A stretch of DNA of 64,000 nt from Candidatus Sericytochromatia bacterium (GTDB lineage Bacteria > Cyanobacteriota > Sericytochromatia > S15B-MN24 > VGJW01), in NCBI GenBank assembly GCA_035285865.1, contig JAYKHS010000003.1, forward strand, positions 128,001-192,000, written 5' to 3'. The first letter of the stretch is position 1. Each line of letters opens with the position of its first letter. Positions 29,380 to 38,146 of this stretch are shown piece by piece. The position numbers were made by a program, and so were the translations under genes. The notes under the pieces were generated by a model. That model ran no database searches. It saw only the letters and a list, made by a program, of their open reading frames with translations, and was not told where the DNA came from.

Positions 29380-29823
29380 ATGACCCTTCCCGAATCCGAG
29401 GTTTCAGTCTTGTCCAGCCGCCGCCTGATTGGCCTGAGCCTCGCGCTTACCCTGATGGCCCTGCCACTGCTGCTTCACGGGTGCACGGCCGAACAGCTGG
29501 CCCGCGCCGGTCTGCTGCGCGGCACCTTGCCTACGGCCTCCGTCATCGAGTGTCCGGAGCTGGATGACCTCGCCGAGGGTGACCCCTTCCCCGCTGGTTG
29601 CGAGGCCTTGCTGGAAGAGGAACAACGCCAGCGCGAGGAGGCCGAAGCCTCACCATCCGCAACGCCTGCCAGCACCCCCACGCCGGTCGGAGGCCTCTTC
29701 GGGCGCGTTGAATTCGGCTCCACACCCGTGCCATCCGTGACGACACCGCCCCCCTTCCCGAAGATCGAGACACCCACGCCGGAGCCCTTTCCCTCCGCGA
29801 TCCAGGGTTCGCTGGGCGAATAG
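29380..29823 (+). CDS. Hypothetical lipoprotein, Pro/Thr-rich
   Basis: Hydrophobic signal ending LLHGC, two further Cys, and a TP-rich tail. Confidence 0.65.
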   Translation: MTLPESEVSVLSSRRLIGLSLALTLMALPLLLHGCTAEQLARAGLLRGTLPTASVIECPELDDLAEGDPFPAGCEALLEEEQRQREEAEASPSATPASTPTPVGGLFGRVEFGSTPVPSVTTPPPFPKIETPTPEPFPSAIQGSLGE

Positions 29824-29829
29824 ATTCTG

Positions 29830-31086
29830 ATGGGCCTCAAGGCGCCAAGCTTGGCCACGCGCATCCTGCTGGGTCTCGTGGCAGGTGCGCTGCTGGGAGC
29901 GTGGGCCCCGGATCTCGCGAAGCAGACTGCCCCCGTCGGCGAGGCATTCATCAGGCTCATCAAGCTCATCGTCGTCCCGATCCTGATCGCGACTATCACG
30001 GTCGGCATCGCTGATGCCGGAGACCTGAAGCGGGTCGGGACCCTCGGCTTCAAGACCCTGTTCTACTTCGAGGTCGTCACCACGATCGCCCTCGCCATGG
30101 GCATCGGCGCCGCCCACCTCCTCCAACCGGGGGCAGGACTCGACCCTGCCACCCTCGCCCACGCGGACGTGAGTCGACACGTCACCCGCGGTCAGGAATC
30201 CCACAACCTGCTGCTGGCTGCGATCCCGGCCAATGCAGTCGATGCCGCAGCGCGTGGAGACCTGTTGCAAGTGCTGGTGTTCTCGGTGCTGATGGGTCTG
30301 GCGACAGCTGCCGCAGGGCAGGCAGGAAGGCCTTGGCTCGAGGCCATGCGCTCGCTCGGCCAAGTGATGTTTCGCTTCACGCATCTGGTCATGGCGCTCG
30401 CGCCCTTCGGCGTGGCTGCGCTCGTGGCCCACACGGTGGCCACGTTCGGCCTGGGTGTCCTGCTGCCGCTTGGCAAGCTCGTAATCGGCCTCTACGTGAC
30501 GATGGCCATTTTCGTCACGGTGGTACTGGGCACGATTGCCAGGTTGGCGGGCCTGTCCCTGTGGCCCCTGATCCGGTCCCTTAGGGAAGAGCTGATCCTC
30601 GCCTTCTCGACCGCCAGTTCCGAAACCGTGCTCGCACGCCTCATGGACCGCCTCGTCGCGGCGGGTGTGCCACCGGGCATCGTGTCCTTCGTCCTGCCGA
30701 CGGGCTATACCTTCAACCTCGACGGGTCTTCCCTATACCAGGGCCTTGCCGTGCTGTTCATCGCCCAGGTCTTCCATATTGACCTGAGCCTGGGTCAACA
30801 GGTCGCCATCCTGCTGACGCTCATGGTGACCTCGAAGGGCATTGCCGGGGTGCCGGGGACTTCCTTCGTGGTGCTGGCTGCCACGCTCTCCTCGACGGGC
30901 CTGCCACTGGAGGGCCTGGCCCTCATCGCAGGTGTGGACCGCTTGATGGACATGGGTCGGACGGTGGTCAACGTCATCGGAAATGCCTTGGCCACGATGG
31001 TGATTGCCCGCTGGGAAGGCGTACCGGCCTCAACCCTCGGCTGGGACCGGACCGACGCGGTCGAACCCGTCCTGTCCGCCACCTGA
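29830..31086 (+). CDS. gltP: Dicarboxylate/amino acid:cation symporter (GltP/GltT-like glutamate/aspartate)
   Basis: Motifs AFSTASSE, GYTFNLDGS, TSKGIAGVPG and GVDRLMDMGRT. Confidence 0.85.
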   Translation: MGLKAPSLATRILLGLVAGALLGAWAPDLAKQTAPVGEAFIRLIKLIVVPILIATITVGIADAGDLKRVGTLGFKTLFYFEVVTTIALAMGIGAAHLLQPGAGLDPATLAHADVSRHVTRGQESHNLLLAAIPANAVDAAARGDLLQVLVFSVLMGLATAAAGQAGRPWLEAMRSLGQVMFRFTHLVMALAPFGVAALVAHTVATFGLGVLLPLGKLVIGLYVTMAIFVTVVLGTIARLAGLSLWPLIRSLREELILAFSTASSETVLARLMDRLVAAGVPPGIVSFVLPTGYTFNLDGSSLYQGLAVLFIAQVFHIDLSLGQQVAILLTLMVTSKGIAGVPGTSFVVLAATLSSTGLPLEGLALIAGVDRLMDMGRTVVNVIGNALATMVIARWEGVPASTLGWDRTDAVEPVLSAT

Positions 31087-31186
31087 ATCGCTTCGTCACA
31101 GCGTCCGGGCTAGGGTTGTGACCCCGGCCCGCCAGCCGGAAACTGCGCGCGGAACCCCTGCACGTCCAACGACGGAAGGAGTCGCG

Positions 31187-32149
31187 ATGACACGAAGTTT
31201 CGGATTGGCAACAGCCCTCATCGGGCCGATGGTGCTGGCCGCCTGCGGCTCGTCCCCTTCGGCTTGGCCGACCGGACCGGACCAGGCCATGAGGCTGCCC
31301 GGCGGCATGCGCGCACCGGACGGCCTGCTCGGCATCCAGCGCTGGCGGGACCTGGACGAACTCAAGCCCAGGATGAAGCGACAAGCAACGGACGCGCTGC
31401 CTCCGGTCGAGGCCCTCAAGAAGGATCTGCCCGAGCGCATCGCACGCGAAGATGGCGAAAAGCGGCTGGTGCGCATCCCGCGGGATCGAACCGGCAGACG
31501 CAGGGGCGGCAACGTCGGAGGCCTTGGCGACGATCCCCCGGATGTCGTCGGCTTCGGTGCGCTCGGAGGCTGCGGTCCCGTATGGAACAGCGGTTTCTGG
31601 GGAGGGGACGCGTGGAGCTTCGCGCCCTACGGCTGGGGCGGAAATCTGTACATGATCCCTTATGCCCTCGTAGGGGGCTGGTACGTGCCAGCCTACGTCC
31701 CCTTCTACTACGAAGCAGCCACTCTGGCGCCGTATCAGGACCTGCCGCTCGCCTACGGCGTGACGCCACTGGTGCCGCAGTACGTGACGACCCTCGCCCC
31801 ATTCGTCGGAGGTGTGACCCCGCCCGTTGGCGTTGCGGCCCCGATGGACGCAGGCCTCGTCGGAGGGGCGCTGCCTGCGGCAGCCTATCCCGGCCCGGGA
31901 GGCCCCTTGGGGTATGCAGGTGGCCCGACTACAGGCTATCCCGGGGGCTTTGCCGGCAGCCCCGGCCAGATGCCCGTCGGCTATGGCCCGGGCACTCCGG
32001 CCGGGAGCCCGGGCTATTGGCCAGGACGCACCATGATGCCCGGCCAGGCGGGATGGCCAGCGGGTCCGGGGACGGGGGCGAGAGCCGCCTCGGGCAGTCC
32101 GGCCGTGCCTTCGGCGTCCCTGGGGGGGAACCTGCCCTTCTGGCGCTGA
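31187..32149 (+). CDS. Hypothetical Gly/Pro/Tyr-rich lipoprotein (paralog A)
   Basis: AAGGAG RBS and lipobox LAAC. Shares two blocks with the next gene. Confidence 0.75.
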   Translation: MTRSFGLATALIGPMVLAACGSSPSAWPTGPDQAMRLPGGMRAPDGLLGIQRWRDLDELKPRMKRQATDALPPVEALKKDLPERIAREDGEKRLVRIPRDRTGRRRGGNVGGLGDDPPDVVGFGALGGCGPVWNSGFWGGDAWSFAPYGWGGNLYMIPYALVGGWYVPAYVPFYYEAATLAPYQDLPLAYGVTPLVPQYVTTLAPFVGGVTPPVGVAAPMDAGLVGGALPAAAYPGPGGPLGYAGGPTTGYPGGFAGSPGQMPVGYGPGTPAGSPGYWPGRTMMPGQAGWPAGPGTGARAASGSPAVPSASLGGNLPFWR

Positions 32150-32242
32150 GGACCGGCAATCCGGCGTTGTATGGCCAGGGCGGGGGTGGGCATGCTTCGG
32201 GCCGCGGTCCGGGAAAGGTCCCGACCGACAAGGAGGTGCCCC

Positions 32243-32959
32243 ATGAAGCGTTTCCGATGGCCATCCCCGCTCCTGGCCGCAACCTTGGCGGGATGCAGCG
32301 TGGCGCATCCCGCCCAGGCTCCCGTGAGTCCGCCCCGGCCGGTCGGCCAGGGCCAGGCATCCGCCACGGATGCCACGATGCCCGTAGACGACCGTATGGT
32401 GACGCGTCCCAGCCAGGCTATGACAGCCGTCCCAGGGACATCGGCCGAGCCGGGAAGTGAGGCTGCAGTCACGCCCCCCAGCCCGGAGGAGCTCGAGAAG
32501 AGCCTGCCCAAGGGACTGACGCTTGCACAGCTGCAGGCCCTGCTCAAGAAAGTCCCGGCCGAGCAAATCGACAGCAGTCAGGAGGGCGGCGAGGAAGCTG
32601 CTCCTCCGGCTGCCGACCGCCAGATCCAGCGTGGCGGGCACGGCGGCGGACGCGGTTTCGGGGGCGGCGGACGCGGCTTCGGCCGAGGCTGGGGCGGCGG
32701 CCGGGGCTGGGGTGGCGGACGCGGCTGGGGTCGCGGCTGGGGCCGGGGTTGGGGCCGAGGCTGGTGGGGCGGCGGCTACTGGGGAGGCTGGAGCCCCTCC
32801 TGGTACGGTGACTTCTACGGCTCCTACTTCTATCCCGTCGTCGCGGGCGGCGTGACCTACTACTACCCCTATGCAGAGGTGGACGGACTCTATCAGCCCG
32901 TGACGACTTCACCCTTCGTCTATCGATACGGCCGGTACATGCCCGCCTACGTCATCTGA
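32243..32959 (+). CDS. Hypothetical lipoprotein with GRGW repeats (paralog B)
   Basis: AAGGAGG RBS, lipobox LAGC, a G-R-G-W/F repeat tract and a Tyr-rich C-terminus. Confidence 0.8.
   Translation: MKRFRWPSPLLAATLAGCSVAHPAQAPVSPPRPVGQGQASATDATMPVDDRMVTRPSQAMTAVPGTSAEPGSEAAVTPPSPEELEKSLPKGLTLAQLQALLKKVPAEQIDSSQEGGEEAAPPAADRQIQRGGHGGGRGFGGGGRGFGRGWGGGRGWGGGRGWGRGWGRGWGRGWWGGGYWGGWSPSWYGDFYGSYFYPVVAGGVTYYYPYAEVDGLYQPVTTSPFVYRYGRYMPAYVI
32633..32791 (+). repeat. Coding tandem repeat (GRGW / GGGRGF units)
   Basis: Encodes GGHGGGRGFGGGGRGFGRGWGGGRGWGGGRGWGRGWGRGWGRGWWGGGYWGGW. Synonymous codons vary between units. Confidence 0.85.
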
Positions 32960-33072
32960 CGAAAACCCGCGAGGGGTCCGCTGGTCCGCCTGCCGCCGCG
33001 CAATCGGGCCAACGGGCCCCTCCGTGTTAGCATGGCATCCTGTTTCGGCACCCACAAGCGAAGGAGCTCTGC

Positions 33073-33849
33073 GTGCGCGTCGTCGTCTGCGTCAAGGTCG
33101 TACCGGACACCACGGAACCCAAGCGTCTCGGGGATCAGAACCTGCTGGTCCGCACCGGCGTCCAGGGAGCCATCAATCCGATGGATGACTATGCCCTCGA
33201 AGTGGCCCTGAAGTGGAAAGATGCCCAGCCCGAGCTGGAAGTCGTCGTCCTGACGATGGGTCCGGAAGATACCCGCGCCATCATCAAGAAATCGCTCGCC
33301 AAGGGAGCCGATCGTGCGGTCCTCGTCTCGGATGCGGCGCTGGCCGGCACGGATGCCATCGGCACGGCGCAGGTCCTCGCGGCGGCCATCCGGAAGATCG
33401 GGGAGGTCGACGCGGTACTCTGCGGCGTCCGTTCCTCGGACGGCGAATCGGCCGTCGTCGGTCCGGCCATTGCCGAACTGCTCGACATGCCGCAGCTCAC
33501 GACCTGCAAGGAAGCGGAACTGGATGGCACTGCGCGCCACGTCACGGCCACCCGCGAAGCAGATGGCGCCCTCGAGGTGGCTCGTGCCAGCCTGCCGGCG
33601 CTGCTGACCGTCACCAAGGCAAGCTTCGAACCGCGTCTGGCGAACTTCAAGGGCATCCAGGCCGCCAACAAGAAGGAAATCGTGGGCTGGACCGCGGGTG
33701 ATCTGGGCATCGCGCCCCCGACCCGGAAGATTCTCGTCACGGCTGCCGGCGAACCGCCGCAGCGTCCCGCCAGCCAGGTCCTTACAGGCTCGGCATCCGA
33801 AGTGGCCCAGAAGCTTGCCCAGTACCTGACCGAGCAGAAGCTCGTCTGA
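33073..33849 (+). CDS. etfB: Electron transfer flavoprotein beta subunit
   Basis: Motifs VCVKVVPDT, INPMDDYALE, TMGP, GADRAV and GVRSSDG. Confidence 0.92.
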   Translation: MRVVVCVKVVPDTTEPKRLGDQNLLVRTGVQGAINPMDDYALEVALKWKDAQPELEVVVLTMGPEDTRAIIKKSLAKGADRAVLVSDAALAGTDAIGTAQVLAAAIRKIGEVDAVLCGVRSSDGESAVVGPAIAELLDMPQLTTCKEAELDGTARHVTATREADGALEVARASLPALLTVTKASFEPRLANFKGIQAANKKEIVGWTAGDLGIAPPTRKILVTAAGEPPQRPASQVLTGSASEVAQKLAQYLTEQKLV

Positions 33850-33867
33850 TCTCAGGAGACCCACACC

Positions 33868-34863
33868 ATGTCAATCATCTGGACACTGGCGGAAATCGAA
33901 AGTGGCGAGATCAAGGGCATCAGCCACGAACTGATCACGTCGGCTCGTGCGCTCGCGGACGCCTCCGGCGGACGCAAGGTCGGCGTGTTGGCTTTGGGGC
34001 ATGAGATTGGTGGCCTCGTCGACCAGTTGGCCGCCATGGGCGCGGACATCGTGGCACTCGCCGATGCTCCGGGCCTAGCCCAGGCACCTGCCGACGTTGC
34101 AGCGCGCGTGCTTGCCCCCTTCCTGCAGGGACAGCAGGCCAGCACGGTACTTCTGGGGCACACGGCGACCGGTCGGGATCTGGCCGGCAGGCTGGCTGTC
34201 CGACTGGGACTCGGTGTCATCGCGGATGCAACGGAAGTGCAGGTCGACGGGGGCAAGATCGTCGCCACGAGGAGCATCTTCGGCGGCGGCATGTGGTCCC
34301 GAGCCACGTCGGCAGGCGACGGAGCAGTCATCACCATCCGCCCACGCGCCGTTACGGCTGGTGTCCTCCAGTCCGGCCGCACGGCAGAGACCCTGACGAT
34401 GACCGTGCCCGATGGCGCCACGAACCGCCGTGTCGAGACACTGGAGCTCAAGCAGGAGACAGGCACGTCCATCTCGCTCGGTGATGCGGAGGTGGTGGTG
34501 TCGGGTGGACGCGGCATGGGCGGTGCCGACAAGTTCGGGCCGGTGGAGACGCTTGCGCGGACGTTGGGTGCGGCTGTCGGAGCTTCACGCGCCGTCGTCG
34601 ACTCCGGATGGCGCCCGCACAAGGAACAGATCGGCCAGACGGGGCGTACCGTCAGTCCCAAGCTCTATGTGGCCCTGGGCATCTCTGGCGCCATCCAGCA
34701 CTTGGTCGGCATGAGGACGTCGGGAACCATCGTTGCCGTCAATACGGATGCCGAGGCCCCCATCATGAAGGTCGCCAATGTCGCGGCCGTCGGGGACGTT
34801 CATGAGATTGTCCCTGCCCTCGTGGCCGAGTTGTCTCGCCAGGGAGTCGGTGCCGGGGCCTGA
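33868..34863 (+). CDS. etfA: Electron transfer flavoprotein alpha subunit
   Basis: Motifs [15 protein letters not shown] and [29 protein letters not shown]. Confidence 0.94.
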   Translation: MSIIWTLAEIESGEIKGISHELITSARALADASGGRKVGVLALGHEIGGLVDQLAAMGADIVALADAPGLAQAPADVAARVLAPFLQGQQASTVLLGHTATGRDLAGRLAVRLGLGVIADATEVQVDGGKIVATRSIFGGGMWSRATSAGDGAVITIRPRAVTAGVLQSGRTAETLTMTVPDGATNRRVETLELKQETGTSISLGDAEVVVSGGRGMGGADKFGPVETLARTLGAAVGASRAVVDSGWRPHKEQIGQTGRTVSPKLYVALGISGAIQHLVGMRTSGTIVAVNTDAEAPIMKVANVAAVGDVHEIVPALVAELSRQGVGAGA

Positions 34864-34880
34864 AGCCCTGCACCGGTCCA

Positions 34881-34914
34881 AGGGGGGTGGAGCCAAGCAA
34901 GGCTCCGCCCCCCT
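34881..34914 (+). terminator. Hairpin after etfA (probable terminator)
   Basis: AGGGGGGTGGAGCC-AAGCAA-GGCTCCGCCCCCCT; the U-tract is weak. Confidence 0.55.
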
Positions 34915-34952
34915 CTGGTCTGTGGACGTATCACGCACCACGCACGAGATCC

Positions 34953-34995
34953 CCAAAGCAAAGCTCCCGGCCAATCCGTGATTGTCCGGGAGCTT
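34953..34995 (-). terminator. Rho-independent terminator of tRNA-Leu (and possibly nuo)
   Basis: Minus strand AAGCTCCCGGACAATC-ACG-GATTGGCCGGGAGCTT followed by TGCTTT. Confidence 0.7.
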
Positions 34996-35000
34996 CGAGG

Positions 35001-35082
35001 TGCGGAAGGGGGGATTTGAACCCCCACACCTTTTGGGTACACGCTCCTGAGGCGTGCGCGTCTGCCGTTCCGCCACTTCCGC
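35001..35082 (-). tRNA. tRNA-Leu (anticodon CAG)
   Basis: GCGGAAG acceptor stem, D arm TGGCGGAACGGCAGACGC, anticodon arm CACGC-CTCAGGA-GCGTG, long variable arm and GGTTCAAATCC T arm. Followed by CCT, so CCA is not fully encoded. Confidence 0.95.
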
Positions 35083-35094
35083 AAGGGGATTTGC

Positions 35095-35123
35095 AGTTTA
35101 GCCGATCAACAAGAACAGGTCAA
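35095..35123 (-). promoter_or_regulatory. Sigma70 promoter of tRNA-Leu
   Basis: TTGACC-N17-TAAACT, with the -35 overlapping the nuoN stop codon. Confidence 0.65.
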
Positions 35124-36640
35124 GGAAGCAGCACGGCACCCGACTGCTGGGCCCACTGGGCCACCCAGTGGGCGCCAGGAACCATCCAGCCGGCCACCGC
35201 GAGAATGCCCGCACCGATGACCACCACGAGGCCACTGGATACGGCAATGGCCACATGCTCGGCGTTCGCAGGGCGAAGCGACAGCACGGTGCCGGACGAT
35301 GTACCGGCAAGAACCCGGAACAGCAGAGGCAAGTAGTAGGACAGCGACAGCATGCTGCTGGCGATGGCAAGTATGGCCAGCCAACCCAACCCGGCACCGA
35401 AGGCCGCCGAGAACACCATGTACTTCCCGAGGAAGCCGGCCGTCAGTGGAAAGCCCACCAAGGACAGCACACTGACCAGAAAGGCAGCTGACACCCAGGG
35501 GTGGCGGTGCATGGCCCCGTCCAGGCTACCGTTCCGATCCAGAACATCGAGGCAGGCGAAGCCAGCAAGGTTCGTCACGAGATAGGCCACCAGATAGACG
35601 ACGAGGGCCTTCACGGCCTCGCCGGCCGGGTTACCCGCAGCTGCCGCGAGGCCGACCAGCATGTAGCCCGTGTGCACGACACTCGAGAAAGCCAGCATGC
35701 GCTTGGGATTGCGCTGATTCATGGCCATGAGGTTGCCAACCACCATCGAAACGGCCGCAAGTGCCGAAACCATCGGCTGCCAGTCCACGGCGACGCCAGC
35801 GAGGCCTGACAACAGCACACGCATGGCGAAAACGAACGCCGTGACCTTCACGACCGTGGCCATGAAACCCGTGAGCGGGGTGACAGAGCCCTCGTATACA
35901 TCGGCTGACCACATGTGGAAAGGCGCAGCTGCGACCTTGAAGGCCAGACCTGCCACGACGGCCGCAAGACCCAGCATGAGGACAGCGTGTCGCGCAGGGG
36001 GTAGATGAGCCGATGCAGCCTGCAGACTTGCCAGCGAAAGACTGCCCGTCGCCCCGAAGAGGAACGCCATGCCCAGAAGCAGGATGGCCGACGCAAAGGC
36101 ACCGAGCAGCATGTACTTGAGCACTGCCTCGTTTGCATTCGGCCGGGACCTGTCGAGGCCGACCAATCCGTAAATCGACAGAGCCACGACCTCGAGGCCC
36201 AGAAAGCCGGTGAACATGTCACCGGCGCAACCTACTATGGCGGTGCCGGCGACGGCAAAGACGAGCAGGGCCTGCAACTCGCCGTGCGCGAACGACCCGC
36301 GTTCAGCCGCAGCCACGAGTCCGGGAAGGACCAGCAACGCTCCTGCGGAAGCAAGTGCCATCAACAGCAGGGAAAGCGAATCGACCACCAAAGCGCCACC
36401 CAGATAACTGGCCCGAAACGCCCCCGTGGTCCCCACGGGCTCCATGCCGATCACCGGACGCACCCAGAGGGTCACGGAGAGCACGAGCGCACTGATGTTG
36501 ACCATGGCCGCATGCCACGCCATCGTCCTGTCGGGGTCACCCTGGCGAACCGTCGGAACCAACAGGAGGGCCAAGAGTGCCCCCAGCACCAAGAGTGCCA
36601 GCGGGGCGAGGGGAAGATAAGTCGCGAGTTGCAGGTTCAT
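35120..36640 (-). CDS. nuoN: NADH-quinone oxidoreductase subunit N
   Basis: Motifs EAVLKYMLLG, FKVAAAPFHMWSADVYEG, KRMLAFSS and GFLGK. Confidence 0.93.
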   Translation of the reverse strand: MNLQLATYLPLAPLALLVLGALLALLLVPTVRQGDPDRTMAWHAAMVNISALVLSVTLWVRPVIGMEPVGTTGAFRASYLGGALVVDSLSLLLMALASAGALLVLPGLVAAAERGSFAHGELQALLVFAVAGTAIVGCAGDMFTGFLGLEVVALSIYGLVGLDRSRPNANEAVLKYMLLGAFASAILLLGMAFLFGATGSLSLASLQAASAHLPPARHAVLMLGLAAVVAGLAFKVAAAPFHMWSADVYEGSVTPLTGFMATVVKVTAFVFAMRVLLSGLAGVAVDWQPMVSALAAVSMVVGNLMAMNQRNPKRMLAFSSVVHTGYMLVGLAAAAGNPAGEAVKALVVYLVAYLVTNLAGFACLDVLDRNGSLDGAMHRHPWVSAAFLVSVLSLVGFPLTAGFLGKYMVFSAAFGAGLGWLAILAIASSMLSLSYYLPLLFRVLAGTSSGTVLSLRPANAEHVAIAVSSGLVVVIGAGILAVAGWMVPGAHWVAQWAQQSGAVLLP

Positions 36641-38145
36641 CAATGGGTTCCCGTCGGCAGGGCAGCCTGGGACGCGGCCGGATGGAAGCGGAGGACGTAG
36701 GCATCGGACCAGGGCTTCATGCGATCGAGCAGCAGGCCGGGCCGGATGCCGAAGAGCAGCATCATCGCCAGCAGCGGCAAGGCCACGGCCAGTTCCCGAA
36801 CGCCGATATCACGCCCACTCGGGGCGGGCTCGACCACGGGACCATAGAGCATGCGCTGCAGCAACCAGAGCAGGTAGGCCGCCCCCAGGACCACGCCCAG
36901 GCCGCCGAAGAGCGCCGCCCAGGGCGAAAGGCCCCAGGCGCCGAGCAGGATGAGGAATTCGCCCACGAAACCGTTGAGGCCCGGCAGGCCGGCAGACGCC
37001 ATGGCAGAGAAGACCAACGCTGCAGCGAGCCAAGGATGCGTGGCCGCCATGCCACCGAATCGCGAGAGCTGCGTGGAACCCTGGCGCTCGCTTGCCCACG
37101 CGGCCAAGATGAACAGGGCCGCCGTCACCAAAGCGTGACCGACCTGCTGAAGCAAGGCGCCTTCGATGCCTTCGGCAGTCAAGCTGAAGATACCCAGCGC
37201 AATCCATCCGAGATGACTGAAGCTGGAGTAGGCGAGCACCGTCCGAACATCGCGAGCCCCCAGTGCCAGCACCGCACCGTGCAGGATACCCACGACGGCA
37301 AGCGCCGCCAGCCACGGGGACCAGGCAACGGCCTGCTCCGGAAAGAGCGGCATCGCGATTCTCAGGACGCCATAGGTCCCGAGCTTGGCCATGAGTCCGG
37401 AAAGCAGGATCACGGCAGGCAGCGGCGCCGATGTGTAGGCGGCAGGCAGCCAGAAGTGCAGCGGGAACAGCGGGATCTTGACGGCAAAGGCCAGGATGAG
37501 ACCAGCAAATGCCCAGCAACGCGCATCGGGGCCCCAGGTGGTGACGACACCTGCCAATGCATCGAGATCGAAGTTCCACGCTCCCGTACGGGCATGGGCC
37601 TCGGCCCCCATTGCGAAGATGACCGCAAGCATCGCCAGCGACCCCACCAGGGTGACCACCACGAAGGGCACCGTGGCCTTGCGGCGGTCGGAGTCTCCCC
37701 ACAGCAGCAACAGGACCAGCGCCGGCAGCAGCATCAGCTCCCAGAAGACATAGAAGACCAGAAGATCCTGGACCAGCAGAACACCGGCCATGGTCCCGAC
37801 GAACAACAGCAACCAGGCGTGGAATGACGCCGGGCGCCCGGCTCCGGCCACGACGACCGCAAGTAGGCCCAGAGCCGCACCCGCAACCAGCAGAAACAGC
37901 GACAGACCATCGACTCCGAGCCGCAGATTGGTCCCGAACAGCCCGAGCATCGGCCATGTCGCCACGCTCTGGAGCTCGGCCTGATCCCGGAACGAGCGGA
38001 CCATCGCAGCGCCCAGGCCGAGCTCGCCAAGCATCGCGGCACCAGCCGCGAGACGGGCCGCGCGTGCGGGCAACAAGGCCGCCACGGCAGCCGCAACAAA
38101 AGGCAGGATGAGCATCCAGACGGGCAGTGTCAGCGTCTCGCCCAC
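36640..38145 (-). CDS. nuoM: NADH-quinone oxidoreductase subunit M
   Basis: Motifs GVDGLS, FYVFWELML, VKIPLFPLHFWLP and GLPGLNGFVGE. GTG start after GGAGG. Confidence 0.93.
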   Translation of the reverse strand: MGETLTLPVWMLILPFVAAAVAALLPARAARLAAGAAMLGELGLGAAMVRSFRDQAELQSVATWPMLGLFGTNLRLGVDGLSLFLLVAGAALGLLAVVVAGAGRPASFHAWLLLFVGTMAGVLLVQDLLVFYVFWELMLLPALVLLLLWGDSDRRKATVPFVVVTLVGSLAMLAVIFAMGAEAHARTGAWNFDLDALAGVVTTWGPDARCWAFAGLILAFAVKIPLFPLHFWLPAAYTSAPLPAVILLSGLMAKLGTYGVLRIAMPLFPEQAVAWSPWLAALAVVGILHGAVLALGARDVRTVLAYSSFSHLGWIALGIFSLTAEGIEGALLQQVGHALVTAALFILAAWASERQGSTQLSRFGGMAATHPWLAAALVFSAMASAGLPGLNGFVGEFLILLGAWGLSPWAALFGGLGVVLGAAYLLWLLQRMLYGPVVEPAPSGRDIGVRELAVALPLLAMMLLFGIRPGLLLDRMKPWSDAYVLRFHPAASQAALPTGTH

Positions 38146-38146
38146 G

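Noticed and set aside
32633..32791. CRISPR array or non-coding DNA repeat
   Set aside because: Units are 12-18 nt, in frame, synonymously variable and have no spacers, so this is a protein-level repeat.
34864..35082. tRNA-Leu as an integration site for a genomic island
   Set aside because: No integrase is present, I saw no duplicated tRNA 3' end, and both flanks are core genes (etfA, nuoN).
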